A DNA stretch of 64,000 nt, from positions 8,512 through 72,511 of IMG/VR virus record IMGVR_UViG_3300023174_005299; one strand, 5' to 3'. Both the position numbers and the translations under genes were made by a program. The stretch's first letter is position 1. Every line of letters begins with the position of its first letter. The stretch is from a virus. Below are positions 28,179-38,218 of this stretch, one piece after another. The notes under the pieces are model-generated. The model saw only the letters and a program-made list of their open reading frames with translations, ran no database searches and had not been told where the DNA came from.

Positions 28179-30423
28179 CTTTATTAACCTTGGGCAATTG
28201 AGGATCTAACACCGGCACAATATCAAACACCAATTGGTCATTGTCTAATCCAAGATTGATTGTGCAATCTTGCAGTCTATCAAACAAGATTTTCTTTGAC
28301 AGCGGAACTCGAATCAGTTCATCAATTTTTCTATTCAAGGGTCTTGCACCCATCTTGCTGTCATATCCTTTGTCGGCCAAATGTTCAATCACAGACTCTG
28401 TGAGGTTTAGTTTTATGTTCTTGTCCACTAAACTTTGCTTGAGCACATCCACAAATTTTATTACAATCTTTTTAATTGCCAACTGATCAAGCTTTTTAAA
28501 TTTGCAAATCAAATCAATTCGATTGCGCATTTCTGGTTTAAAAAAGTCCTTGACTGCGGCATCTTCACTGCCGGTTTTTTCCAGGGACTGTGAAAAACCA
28601 ATGTTGTTGTTTTCGTTGTCTCTGGCACCAAGATTTGATGTCAGGATGATGATGGTGTTTTTACAATCCACAGTTTTGCCACTGCTGGATGTGATCCTAC
28701 CTTCATCCAGCATCTGCAACAAGATGTTTGAAACATCGGGGTGAGCTTTTTCAATTTCATCAAATAATAAAATAGCATAGGGGTTTTTGCTGAGATCTGA
28801 AATCAGTTTACCACCACTTAAATTGCCATCTTCAAATCCCACGTAGCCAGGAGGAGCACCAATCAAAGTACTCACTGTGTGTTTTTCCTGATACTCGCTC
28901 ATGTCATAGCGCAACAATGGCATGCTTAGATTCTCTGCCAACAGTTTGGCCAACTCAGTTTTACCAGTTCCGGTGGGTCCCAGGAACAAGAAACTGCTCA
29001 TTGGCTTTTGTGTGTTGCCCAAGCCTGCATAGTTGACATACACACGTTCCAGCACATTGTTTACCACTTCGTCTTGTCCATAGAGTCGTTGCTTGATATT
29101 GCTTTCAAGTTCTATGATTTTTGTGCTATCTTTGTTTTCTAGTTTGTCCATGGGCACACCGGCAACTCGACTCAACTGCTGTAAAATCATGCCGCGATTC
29201 ACAGTGACATTGCCCAGGTCTTTGACACGTTCCCGGCTACAGGCAGCATCCAGCAAGTCAATGCTCTTGTCAGGATTCTTTTTGTCATGAATATATCGTG
29301 CACTGAGTTCCACAGCCGCTGTGATTGCATCAGTGTCAATGAGCACATTGTGGAATTGCTCAAGTCTTGGACTCAATCCAATAAGAATCTGTTCTGTGGT
29401 ATTTGCATCGGGCTCGTCTACTGCCAGTCTATGAAAGCGGCGCATCAAGGCACGATCCTTCTCAAAGCTTTCGTAGTATTCTTCCCAAGTGGTTGATGCC
29501 ACAACTTTGAGGTTGCCTTTGGTGATGGCAGGTTTGATCATGTTGGCAAAGTCCAAGGAACTTGACCCCGAGCTACCAGCACCTTTCATGGTGTGTGCTT
29601 CGTCGATGAATAACACACACTTCTTGTTGCTTTCGAGAGCCTGAATAACCATTTTTAATTTTTCTTCAAACTCACCGCGGTACTTGCTGCCTGCCAACAA
29701 TGAACCAATCTCCAGGCTCCATACTTCATGATCCTTGAGAAAGTTTGGTACTTTGCCATCAGTGATTGACTTGGCAAGGCCTTCAATCAAGGCTGTTTTG
29801 CCCACGCCAGGGTCGCCTACCAACAACACGTTGGCCTTGAAGCGACGAGCTAATGCAGTGATCATTTCTTGAATATCAGTTTCTCTACCAATCACTGGCT
29901 CAAGACGATCTTCTCGTGCCAACTGTGTAAGGTTGACACAGTACTCTTCAAGAATCTCTGTGGCTTGTTGATGGTTGATTTTTGCATCATTGTGATTGTA
30001 GTTTTGTTCCCAAAACTTTGCAAATTCTTGTTTGTTGACACCGTATTTGAGCAAGAAATAATGTGCATGACTATTGCTTTCGCTCATGATGCTGAGATAC
30101 AAGTCAAGTGTTGTGATGGTTCTGCGTCCGGTAAACAACACCTGAGTCAATGCTCGATTAAAAACTCTTTCCAGCGCATTTGTTTTCTTTGTGTTCCTGC
30201 CCGCTGCCTTGTTTTCGATGCTGGTCAGACTGTCAAGATACGCACCAAGTTCCTTGCCCATCAGTTCAATGTCAATGCCAAATTTGATCAACACTCGTTG
30301 AAACGGAGTGTGTAGTAGTAAACTGGCCAACAAATGTTCAGTGGTCACATATTCATGTGATCGCTCTCTGGCAATCTTTATAGCGTTCTCAATGATTTGT
30401 TCAATTTCTGGATTGTTTTGCAT
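28138..30423 (-). CDS. clpA: ClpA-like Hsp100 AAA+ ATPase
   Basis: Clp N domain (HEYVTTEHLL), GDPGVGKT and GPTGTGKT Walker A motifs, no ClpB middle domain, IGF loop. Confidence 0.9.
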   Translation of the reverse strand: MQNNPEIEQIIENAIKIARERSHEYVTTEHLLASLLLHTPFQRVLIKFGIDIELMGKELGAYLDSLTSIENKAAGRNTKKTNALERVFNRALTQVLFTGRRTITTLDLYLSIMSESNSHAHYFLLKYGVNKQEFAKFWEQNYNHNDAKINHQQATEILEEYCVNLTQLAREDRLEPVIGRETDIQEMITALARRFKANVLLVGDPGVGKTALIEGLAKSITDGKVPNFLKDHEVWSLEIGSLLAGSKYRGEFEEKLKMVIQALESNKKCVLFIDEAHTMKGAGSSGSSSLDFANMIKPAITKGNLKVVASTTWEEYYESFEKDRALMRRFHRLAVDEPDANTTEQILIGLSPRLEQFHNVLIDTDAITAAVELSARYIHDKKNPDKSIDLLDAACSRERVKDLGNVTVNRGMILQQLSRVAGVPMDKLENKDSTKIIELESNIKQRLYGQDEVVNNVLERVYVNYAGLGNTQKPMSSFLFLGPTGTGKTELAKLLAENLSMPLLRYDMSEYQEKHTVSTLIGAPPGYVGFEDGNLSGGKLISDLSKNPYAILLFDEIEKAHPDVSNILLQMLDEGRITSSSGKTVDCKNTIIILTSNLGARDNENNNIGFSQSLEKTGSEDAAVKDFFKPEMRNRIDLICKFKKLDQLAIKKIVIKFVDVLKQSLVDKNIKLNLTESVIEHLADKGYDSKMGARPLNRKIDELIRVPLSKKILFDRLQDCTINLGLDNDQLVFDIVPVLDPQLPKVNKDGYIIFEKLDPDA

Positions 30424-30478
30424 TTTGCTCCTTGTGCTTGTCATGTATAGTAACATGATTAATTGAATGCCACAATAT

Positions 30479-31258
30479 TTATTGGCTATTCCAGTGCCGA
30501 ATTTGTTCTATTTGTTCAGGTGTTAGGTCAGTGGGTAATTTGGCATTGAGTTCTACCATGAGGTCGCCACGTTGGCTGGTTCCTTTTCTAGGAAATCCAT
30601 GCCCTCTAATACGCAAAGTGGCACCAGGTTGTGTTTTGGGAGGCACACTAACCACCACTTGATTTTTGTGAATAGTATCAACTGTGATTTCTTGTCCCAG
30701 TATCAATGCCCAAATGCTGATATCAAACTTTCTAATAGAGTTGGCACCTTCTCGACGCCATGTCAAATCTGGATGTATCCTAAAAGTTATCACAAGGTCC
30801 ATGCCATTGGGGCCAACCCTGGCATATCTAACAGTGTCACCATCTTCAATGCCAGGGGGTATTTGTATTTCAACATTGATTTGTCCTTGATGGGTGCCCA
30901 CAGCAATCAGTCTGGGTCCACCGGACGCAACATCTTCCATGTGAATCCACAAATTTAATCTAGCCGATCGATGTTGTGCATTTGGGTCCATGCCGGGCCT
31001 GGCATTGAACATGTCAAATATGCTGTCAAAGCTAAATGGGTTGCCGCCGCCCATGTTGACTCTCATGCCTGGATTGTCGTACTGCTGTCGTTTGCCCGGA
31101 TCACTCAGTGTGTCATATGCTATTTGTATTTCTTGAAACTTTTGTGTATCGCCACCTTTGTCGGGATGATGTTGACTGGCCAGCCGGCGGTAAGCACGTT
31201 TAATTTCGTCGGCAGTGGCTGTGCGGGTTACTCCCAATGTGGCATAGTGATCTGTCAT
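30479..31258 (-). CDS. DnaJ/CbpA-type co-chaperone
   Basis: J domain with HPD; DnaJ C-terminal domain; no zinc finger. Confidence 0.92.
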   Translation of the reverse strand: MTDHYATLGVTRTATADEIKRAYRRLASQHHPDKGGDTQKFQEIQIAYDTLSDPGKRQQYDNPGMRVNMGGGNPFSFDSIFDMFNARPGMDPNAQHRSARLNLWIHMEDVASGGPRLIAVGTHQGQINVEIQIPPGIEDGDTVRYARVGPNGMDLVITFRIHPDLTWRREGANSIRKFDISIWALILGQEITVDTIHKNQVVVSVPPKTQPGATLRIRGHGFPRKGTSQRGDLMVELNAKLPTDLTPEQIEQIRHWNSQ

Positions 31259-31278
31259 TGCATGTAATTATGTGTCAG

Positions 31279-31578
31279 TTATGACCACCTCAATAAGAAC
31301 GCAGTAGCGTCTTGGGGGTCTTTGAATAACCACTGCCCTTTTAACAACTTGTAATCACCTTGAGCGTTTAAGTGTACCCATTCTGCTGTTTGACTATACC
31401 AGTCATTGAAACTGCCAGACATCATTCCGTTAGGTGGAAAAGCAGGATTGATTTTAGTTTCGGTCCAACCTTCATCTTTAAGTACATCAATCATAATTGT
31501 GTCCAGTATCTCTTTGTCTATTTTTTTGGCAATTTCGTCAGCCAAAGTCTGGGCTATTTTGTTTTCTAAATCACTCAT
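31279..31578 (-). CDS. hypothetical protein
   Basis: 99 aa ending F..P.DATAFLLRWS. Confidence 0.7.
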   Translation of the reverse strand: MSDLENKIAQTLADEIAKKIDKEILDTIMIDVLKDEGWTETKINPAFPPNGMMSGSFNDWYSQTAEWVHLNAQGDYKLLKGQWLFKDPQDATAFLLRWS

Positions 31579-31951
31579 GGTACCATGACATTCCGTTGCT
31601 GAGTCTGGCCCAAACTAACAGTTTTTCCATGTGTGCTTTGAACTTTTCAGCCTGATAAATGTCAGTAAATCTTACCCCGGGTATGGTATATTCTGCCAGC
31701 CGCTTGGCCATGTGTTCACGTCCGTGCTCTTCTAGCCATAGTATATTTGAAATGTGCATGGTGCGCCAGTCATTGTCTCTGCCCCGTTCGTACAAACCAA
31801 TCATGGCTTCATCTACACCCACAACATCAAACATGATCTCCAGCAACTTTAGTACTTTGCCAGGATTGTTGACCACATTGCGTTCAAACCCGGGCCAGGT
31901 CACACTGTATGTTCCATTGGGTAAATTGTTAATAATAAATCTATCAGTCAT
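31571..31951 (-). CDS. hypothetical protein
   Basis: 126 aa ORF just downstream of a promoter. Confidence 0.7.
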   Translation of the reverse strand: MTDRFIINNLPNGTYSVTWPGFERNVVNNPGKVLKLLEIMFDVVGVDEAMIGLYERGRDNDWRTMHISNILWLEEHGREHMAKRLAEYTIPGVRFTDIYQAEKFKAHMEKLLVWARLSNGMSWYHE

Positions 31952-31952
31952 G

Positions 31953-31984
31953 AAAAAGTCCTGTACAACAATTATACAGGACTT
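31953..31984 (-). terminator. intrinsic terminator-like hairpin
   Basis: AAGTCCTGTA-N9-TACAGGACTT followed by T run on the minus strand. Confidence 0.55.
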
Positions 31985-31999
31985 GTTGAGTTAAGTCAA
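31971..31999 (-). promoter_or_regulatory. sigma70-type promoter
   Basis: TTGACT-N17-TATAAT on the minus strand. Confidence 0.7.
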
Positions 32000-32000
32000 G

Positions 32001-32219
32001 TTATTTCTTTTCAGGAATAGCTGTGCCTTCGTGCTTTTTGTGCTTTTTCATTTCTTTGCAGTCCTGTTTGGGTTTACCCGTTTTGGCGTCCAAGACAGGC
32101 TTGCCATCCTTGCCTTGTACGTCAATACAGACTCGTACAGTTTCTTTTTTTGGCTCTTCAGCCAACACTGGCTGTGCCAATGTCAAACATAGTCCTGCTA
32201 CAAATATAACGTTTTTCAT
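32001..32219 (-). CDS. small secreted basic protein
   Basis: Signal peptide ending VLA; two Cys; Lys-rich. Confidence 0.7.
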   Translation of the reverse strand: MKNVIFVAGLCLTLAQPVLAEEPKKETVRVCIDVQGKDGKPVLDAKTGKPKQDCKEMKKHKKHEGTAIPEKK

Positions 32220-32229
32220 TTTAATTTCC

Positions 32230-32829
32230 TTAAATTAATGGATCGTCTTGTTGGGGCACAACCTTCTTGCCGCCCCAACCAGTTGTTACCGTTGCTGGCC
32301 CAAAGCCATTAGACGCTGACGCTCCAAATCCTGAATTGCCACCAAAGCCTGTTGCCGGTGGTACTGCTCCAAATCCGGGTGCTGAGCTTCCAAATCCGCC
32401 GCCAACTGGTGTTGTGCCCCAGGACTGAGTAACTGTGGTTGCTGTTGGTGCACCAAACGCACCGGCTCCGGGCTGTTGTACTGCGCCCGGCGGTTGATAT
32501 GTTGTACCGACATTTGATGGTAAGTTGATTCCGCCATTGTTAGCCCCTCCTAGTTTTTCTTGTGTACGACCATAAGCCGCAATACCCAGCACAGCACCCA
32601 TGGCAATGTGGTACAGGCCCGCACCTTGAAGAGTAATAGGTTGCCACTGTACATTGACTTGACCCTTTGACACACTTTGTAACACGCTCCATAACACTGG
32701 AAATATCACAAAGTCTGCGATACAGGTTAACATGTAACTCCAGCCCATCATGGGTCGCCATTTACTGTTCATCCAGTCTTCTTTTTTCTTTTCACTTTCA
32801 CTCATCTTGTTGTAGGTTTTTTCGGTCAC
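32230..32829 (-). CDS. 3TM holin-like membrane protein with Gly/Phe-rich tail
   Basis: KWRPMMGW...AVLGIAAYGRTQEK pattern of GTA-type 3TM holins. Confidence 0.6.
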   Translation of the reverse strand: MTEKTYNKMSESEKKKEDWMNSKWRPMMGWSYMLTCIADFVIFPVLWSVLQSVSKGQVNVQWQPITLQGAGLYHIAMGAVLGIAAYGRTQEKLGGANNGGINLPSNVGTTYQPPGAVQQPGAGAFGAPTATTVTQSWGTTPVGGGFGSSAPGFGAVPPATGFGGNSGFGASASNGFGPATVTTGWGGKKVVPQQDDPLI

Positions 32830-32969
32830 AATTTACTCCTAGGTTGCTTCAAAATATTTAGCTTTTATACATCAAACACCTTTTGGCAAACTCTGCAGTT
32901 TATTTTTGGCAAAAACCACCTAAATATACACAAGAAATAGAATAAAAATTCTATCAAGGAGCTAGAAAA

Positions 32970-34256
32970 ATGAAAAAAATAATTGCATCTACGATTGTGT
33001 ACGTTACACTGTTGTCTGGGGCTGTACAAGCACAAACTACAACAACATCAAGCTCGTCCGGTGGCACAACCACAGGTACAAGTACATTAATTAATCAAGG
33101 TACCTATGACTCCAAGAGCCTAGTGGACACCAACAGCACCAGCAACAGCACCAGCACAGTTACTTCAAACAGCAATACTAATAGCACAAGTAACAGCAAT
33201 AGTACTAGTGCTATCAACAGTACCAGCAACAATACCAACAACAACAATAGTACCAGCACCAGTGTGAATACTAACAATAACATTCAAAGTGGAACTGTCA
33301 CTAACAATAACAACAATGTCAACAGTGGAACAATGACGTATAATAACAATAACGTCAACAGTGGCACAATGACCTATAATAACAATAATGCAAGCACAAG
33401 TACCGCTACAAATAACAATAACAATGTTAATACCGGCACAATGACATACAATAACAACAATGTCAGTTCTAGTACTAGCAATAATGTTAACACAAATAAC
33501 AACATTAATACTGGTACAATGACATACAATAACAACAATGTCAATACTAGTACAAGCACTGCTACTAACAATAATAACAATGTTAATACTGGTACAATGA
33601 CATATAATAACAATAATGTCAATGCAAGTACCGCTACCAACAATAACAACAATGTTAATACAAGTACTGCTACTAATAATAATGTTAATACCGGAGATAT
33701 GACTAATCGTAATATTAATACTTCTACAAGCGCAAGTACTTCAGTTAATAACAATGTTAATCAAAATAACTCAGTTAATACAAATATTCAGCAAGGTGAA
33801 TTGACCAACAAAAATATTAATACAACTGAAATAACACAACGAATTATTCAACCTCCTCCAACTGCTGTTGCACCCGCTATGTTGAGTGGTGGCAATGCCG
33901 ATTTATGTAGCACCGGAAGTAGTGGCAGTGTTCAAACACAAGTATTTGGTGTAAGTTCAGGTGGCACTATCCGTGATATGAATTGTGAACGACTAAAGTT
34001 ATCTAAGACGCTATATGATATGGGTATGAAAGTAGCCGCAGTAGCTACAATGTGTCAAGACCGTCGTGTGTTTGATGCTATGATAGCCGCAGGCACACCT
34101 TGCCCATACGAAGGCAAGATTGGTGAGCAAGCTAAAGCAAGTTGGGAAGCTAATCCAGATCGTATTCCAAAGATGGATGAGGAAAAGATAGATGACACTT
34201 ATAAGAAAGTTGGCATTGGGGCTGTTCTTGGTCTTATTGTCAACAAAATATTCTAA
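32970..34256 (+). CDS. secreted Asn/Thr-rich repeat protein with Cys-containing C-terminal domain
   Basis: Signal peptide, repeats NNNNVNTGTMTY, C-terminal domain with four Cys, hydrophobic tail. Confidence 0.8.
   Translation: MKKIIASTIVYVTLLSGAVQAQTTTTSSSSGGTTTGTSTLINQGTYDSKSLVDTNSTSNSTSTVTSNSNTNSTSNSNSTSAINSTSNNTNNNNSTSTSVNTNNNIQSGTVTNNNNNVNSGTMTYNNNNVNSGTMTYNNNNASTSTATNNNNNVNTGTMTYNNNNVSSSTSNNVNTNNNINTGTMTYNNNNVNTSTSTATNNNNNVNTGTMTYNNNNVNASTATNNNNNVNTSTATNNNVNTGDMTNRNINTSTSASTSVNNNVNQNNSVNTNIQQGELTNKNINTTEITQRIIQPPPTAVAPAMLSGGNADLCSTGSSGSVQTQVFGVSSGGTIRDMNCERLKLSKTLYDMGMKVAAVATMCQDRRVFDAMIAAGTPCPYEGKIGEQAKASWEANPDRIPKMDEEKIDDTYKKVGIGAVLGLIVNKIF
33130..33790 (+). repeat. coding repeat region (Asn runs, VN[ST]GTMTY units)
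   Basis: GTMTYNNNN occurs five times; DNA unit ggcacaatgacatacaataacaacaatg and variants. Confidence 0.85.
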
Positions 34257-36024
34257 TAGTCAAGATATATCTACTACCGGTAACCTGACTAACTTTACTA
34301 ATCAGGCTACTGGTACTACCTCTACCTGGCAAAATGCCGGTACGATCGGTCAGCAGTTAACTTGCTGGGAAGCCGGAGGTCCAGGTTATTGTGGTCCATT
34401 ACCTAGAGTTGCAGCCTGGGGTTCAGGTAGTAATGTCATTAACTTCTCTTATGGACTAACAGACTTAAATCAAGTAGTCAATATTAAAAACGCATTGCCT
34501 AATAGTGGCACAGGATTACAAGTTAACGGATTTAACTTTAGCTTCCAAGCTAAAAACGGTAACGGTTGGGACAATGGAATGACCGACACGCTTAGTGCCT
34601 ATGTAAACATTTATAATAACACAAACTCAAAAGTATTAGAGAGTTATAATTGGAATCTATCTTATAATACATATGGATGGAGAAACTTTAATCTTGGCAA
34701 AGACTTTACGACTCCATATACTGTACCTGATTTAGGTAATGCTCAGTATGGTTTTGTTGGAAAGGATAACAACTTTTGGGTAGGCCCATATGGTCCAGAA
34801 ATAACTGCTGTGAATTTTAATTTAAAATACAGTGTTGATCCTTGTGCTAACAATCCATTATATTCTACTAGCTGTAGAGGATACAACGATGCACTTGCAA
34901 AACTAAACCCTGTAGTAGTTACAGCAGAAGATGCACCTCCGCCGCCACCTGATGGTTCACCACCTCCGCCGCCACCTGGCTCAGAGCCTCCACCAGGCAG
35001 TCCGCCCCCACCAGGACCGGGTCCCGGTCCAGGTAATAATCCAAATGGTCCACCTCCCCCAGGTAGCCAACCACAAGGAGGAGGAGGGCAACAACCTAAG
35101 CCTGGTGAAACTAAAACAGCAAGTGATAGTAAAGCTGGGCCTAGTTTAGGATCAGTATTAAGCATGATTAGTAGTAATCAAGCTAGAATTGGCAATGAAG
35201 CAAAGTCTGTGGTTCAAGCCGCAGAATCGGCTGCTGCCAAAGATGCATTGCAAGCACAAGAACAAGCAGAGACCGTTGCTGCCTCGGCAGTTAGTCAAAG
35301 TACCACAACTACTACAACAGCCAGTAGCACAACAACCAGTTCAACACAATCACAGAGTTCTAGTGGTCCATTTAGTAGTGCTACACAAACAAATGTAGGT
35401 AAGGTTGAAGTACTAAAATCAAATACCTCATCACAATCAACAGATATAGCTTCATCAGTTGCTACATTTACTGTTGAAGTATTAAAGCCTGCAACTCAGT
35501 CAACACTCACAAGTGATAATACATTAACTACTATAGTGGCAACGGTTAATAATAGTTATGTTCAACCTTCTATTGAGAACATAACAAGTTTACAGAGTAT
35601 TAATACAACAAGCGAAACATCTCGCTACGAACTGTTTGCATTGCGTTCTACAATTAATTCAAGTGTTGAAGTAGAAACTCCACAGCTAGAAGGTATTAAA
35701 ATTGGAACACGTTCTGTAATAAATGATGCAATCGAAGAACGTACTATTTTACAAAACACAACTACACAAGAACAAAAAACAGACGCAGTAAACAAGAATG
35801 TGCAACCAAATGAATTGGCGGGTAAAGTAGATATTGCGTCAATGGCGACACAACCTACAGGATATCAAGCATATTCAGTAATGATGCCTGACGTAGCATT
35901 CTATGCACCAAAAGAAATATACAAAAATCAAGTCAATGTTGATAATATCAGATTGTTAAGAGGTCTAGGTAGCGATAGACTACACCAAGAGATGGTGAAT
36001 CAACAATACCGAATCAAAAATTAA
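34192..36024 (+). CDS. secreted protein with Pro-rich and Ser/Thr-rich linkers
   Basis: Signal peptide, beta-rich N domain, DPC..NPLYS.SC motif, poly-Pro tract. Confidence 0.75.
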   Translation: MTLIRKLALGLFLVLLSTKYSNSQDISTTGNLTNFTNQATGTTSTWQNAGTIGQQLTCWEAGGPGYCGPLPRVAAWGSGSNVINFSYGLTDLNQVVNIKNALPNSGTGLQVNGFNFSFQAKNGNGWDNGMTDTLSAYVNIYNNTNSKVLESYNWNLSYNTYGWRNFNLGKDFTTPYTVPDLGNAQYGFVGKDNNFWVGPYGPEITAVNFNLKYSVDPCANNPLYSTSCRGYNDALAKLNPVVVTAEDAPPPPPDGSPPPPPPGSEPPPGSPPPPGPGPGPGNNPNGPPPPGSQPQGGGGQQPKPGETKTASDSKAGPSLGSVLSMISSNQARIGNEAKSVVQAAESAAAKDALQAQEQAETVAASAVSQSTTTTTTASSTTTSSTQSQSSSGPFSSATQTNVGKVEVLKSNTSSQSTDIASSVATFTVEVLKPATQSTLTSDNTLTTIVATVNNSYVQPSIENITSLQSINTTSETSRYELFALRSTINSSVEVETPQLEGIKIGTRSVINDAIEERTILQNTTTQEQKTDAVNKNVQPNELAGKVDIASMATQPTGYQAYSVMMPDVAFYAPKEIYKNQVNVDNIRLLRGLGSDRLHQEMVNQQYRIKN

Positions 36025-36025
36025 C

Positions 36026-36247
36026 ATGGACTACATTGCTTATTTTGTGCTAGGGCTTGGTATTGGAATGGCGTTCTATTATATATTTTACAGCGATAAT
36101 TCACAAGCTGTGTTAGAACGCATGCGGCATGACCTTGCTGTACGTAAAGAATGGTTTAGAATGTTGGCTGACCAAAAAATAAAAAACCCAAAATGGCCAG
36201 CAGGTTGGGAAGAAAAATTAGGAGAAAAAAATGACAGAAGAAATTAA
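36026..36247 (+). CDS. small membrane protein
   Basis: N-terminal TM helix. Confidence 0.6.
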   Translation: MDYIAYFVLGLGIGMAFYYIFYSDNSQAVLERMRHDLAVRKEWFRMLADQKIKNPKWPAGWEEKLGEKNDRRN

Positions 36248-36839
36248 AAACGTAAATGCCAAAGTTGATGAACTTGAAGCAGCCGCAAAAAAGTATGCCA
36301 GTAAAGATACTGTTATCAGTATTGGTGGCTATGAATTTACACCCGCTAAACTAATGGTGGCATTTACCATTGTAAGTAGTATCTTAGGTGGACTTTATGG
36401 CACATTTGAAGTGTACAAAGACTACGTGGGCATGAAGAAAAAGATTGCAGAATATAGTGCGCCTGATTTAACCGAGTTTGATAAACGAATATCTATACTT
36501 GATCAAAAAATTAAAAAAGCCGAAGATTCTGTTGCCGAGGCAAATGGATACACACGTGATATTAAAAATGACCTAAAGAGTGATCTACGTAGGAACGAAA
36601 GTGTCACTGAACAAGTTGAGCGTAGCGTCAAAACTGCACAGCGCGAAACTGAAAGTGAAATGCGCCAAGCAAGAAAAGATGTGCGCGACGACTTAGACAA
36701 AGCACGCTCAGAGGTCAATGCTATCCGTAAAGAAATGGCCGATGCTCGCAGAGAAATATCTAGAGAAGTTGAAGTGTTAAAGAAAGAAGTTGATGGTAAA
36801 ATACAAAAAGCCATTGACAATCCATTGGCCAACAAATGA
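36231..36839 (+). CDS. membrane-anchored coiled-coil protein
   Basis: One TM helix followed by long heptad-rich region; AGGAG RBS. Confidence 0.75.
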   Translation: MTEEIKNVNAKVDELEAAAKKYASKDTVISIGGYEFTPAKLMVAFTIVSSILGGLYGTFEVYKDYVGMKKKIAEYSAPDLTEFDKRISILDQKIKKAEDSVAEANGYTRDIKNDLKSDLRRNESVTEQVERSVKTAQRETESEMRQARKDVRDDLDKARSEVNAIRKEMADARREISREVEVLKKEVDGKIQKAIDNPLANK

Positions 36840-37540
36840 CTGAAATAATTTACACCCTGATAGTCACACACATCACTATAGTATGTGTCACGTTATTCTT
36901 GCATCGTGGACAAGCACATCGTGGAATAGAATTTCATCCCGTGCTTGCACACTTTATGCGGGCTTGGCTGTGGCTTACCACCGGCATGGTTACTCGGCAA
37001 TGGGTGGCTATTCATCGCAAGCATCACAGACACACCGAATCTGAAGGTGACCCTCATAGTCCACACATTTACGGACTTTGGCGTGTGTTATTCAAGGGTG
37101 CAGGATTGTATCATAGTGCCAGTAAAGATCAAGAAATGGTTCAACAGTATGGCGCTGGTACTCCTGATGATTGGATTGAACAAAATTTATACACTAGATA
37201 TAGCCGACTGGGCATTGTGCTTATGTTGATAATAAACCTGCTGATATTTGGCTTACCCGGTTTATTAATTTGGGGGATACAAATGATTTGGATTCCATTC
37301 TGGGCCGCAGGTATTATTAATGGTGTTGGACATTGGTGGGGGTATCGTAATGGTGAAACTCGAGATCACAGCAGAAACATTGTTCCTTGGGATATCATTG
37401 TTGGTGGCGAATGCCTGCATAATAACCATCATTTGGATCCTGCTAACCCTCGACTAAGCCGTCGTTGGTTTGAGTTTGATGCGGGCTGGATGTGGCTGAC
37501 TGTGTTTAGAATGTGTAGACTGGCTAAACTAAGAGCGTGA
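36836..37540 (+). CDS. delta-9-type fatty acid desaturase
   Basis: His boxes HRGQAH, HRKHH, HNNHH. Confidence 0.92.
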   Translation: MTEIIYTLIVTHITIVCVTLFLHRGQAHRGIEFHPVLAHFMRAWLWLTTGMVTRQWVAIHRKHHRHTESEGDPHSPHIYGLWRVLFKGAGLYHSASKDQEMVQQYGAGTPDDWIEQNLYTRYSRLGIVLMLIINLLIFGLPGLLIWGIQMIWIPFWAAGIINGVGHWWGYRNGETRDHSRNIVPWDIIVGGECLHNNHHLDPANPRLSRRWFEFDAGWMWLTVFRMCRLAKLRA

Positions 37541-38218
37541 TTGTTTGAGAACAGCTTGCACCAGGCTGTCTATGCTGTTGACAATGGGTGTGTTTTCTTC
37601 TTGCGTGATTCTAATAGCCAAGGGTAGTTCTGTGCAACCCAACACAATGGCCTTTGCACCACGATCTATTAGGCTGTGAATCACTTTCATCAACAGTAAT
37701 TGAGACTCCATAATCTTATCTGCTTTGATCAAGTCAATTGCAGGTTGCACAAAAAAATCCATTTCTGCACGGTCTGGAACTATACATTTCCAGCCCTGTC
37801 GTTCCAGGCGGGATTGATAAATCCCATATTCAATTGTGCCTTGTGTGCCCATGATGCCAATGGTGGCATTCTCAAGTTGCAACGCACGTAATTCGTCAGC
37901 AATGCTGTCCACTATGTGAGTGATAGGCACGCCCATTTTGATCATGTCATCATACCAGAAGTGTGCAGAGTTGCAGGGAATAACAATATGGTCGCAGCCT
38001 ACTGTTTTTAATGCCTGTATACCTTGCAGTAACCACAGCAATGGTCGATTATCACCGTTACGCATACTGGTACTGCGGTCTGGGATTCTTGGTTCGTTCC
38101 ACAACACAAAAGGTATGTGTTCCTGATCGCAAGTGGCCGGAGTTTGTTGAATTAATCTAGACACAAACTCCGCACTGGCCGCTGGGCCCATTCCGCCAAG
38201 TATGCCCAGCTTTTTCAT
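37529..38218 (-). CDS. aspartate/amino-acid racemase (Asp/Glu racemase family)
   Basis: GILGGMGP, PCNSAH and LGCTELP two-Cys catalytic motifs. Confidence 0.92.
   Translation of the reverse strand: MKKLGILGGMGPAASAEFVSRLIQQTPATCDQEHIPFVLWNEPRIPDRSTSMRNGDNRPLLWLLQGIQALKTVGCDHIVIPCNSAHFWYDDMIKMGVPITHIVDSIADELRALQLENATIGIMGTQGTIEYGIYQSRLERQGWKCIVPDRAEMDFFVQPAIDLIKADKIMESQLLLMKVIHSLIDRGAKAIVLGCTELPLAIRITQEENTPIVNSIDSLVQAVLKQSRS

Noticed and set aside
33130-33790. CRISPR array
   Set aside because: Repeats are degenerate, in frame within a CDS and lack unique spacers; no cas genes
33374-35165. Minus-strand Leu/Val-rich and Gly-rich ORFs
   Set aside because: Antisense shadows of the Asn and Pro repeats
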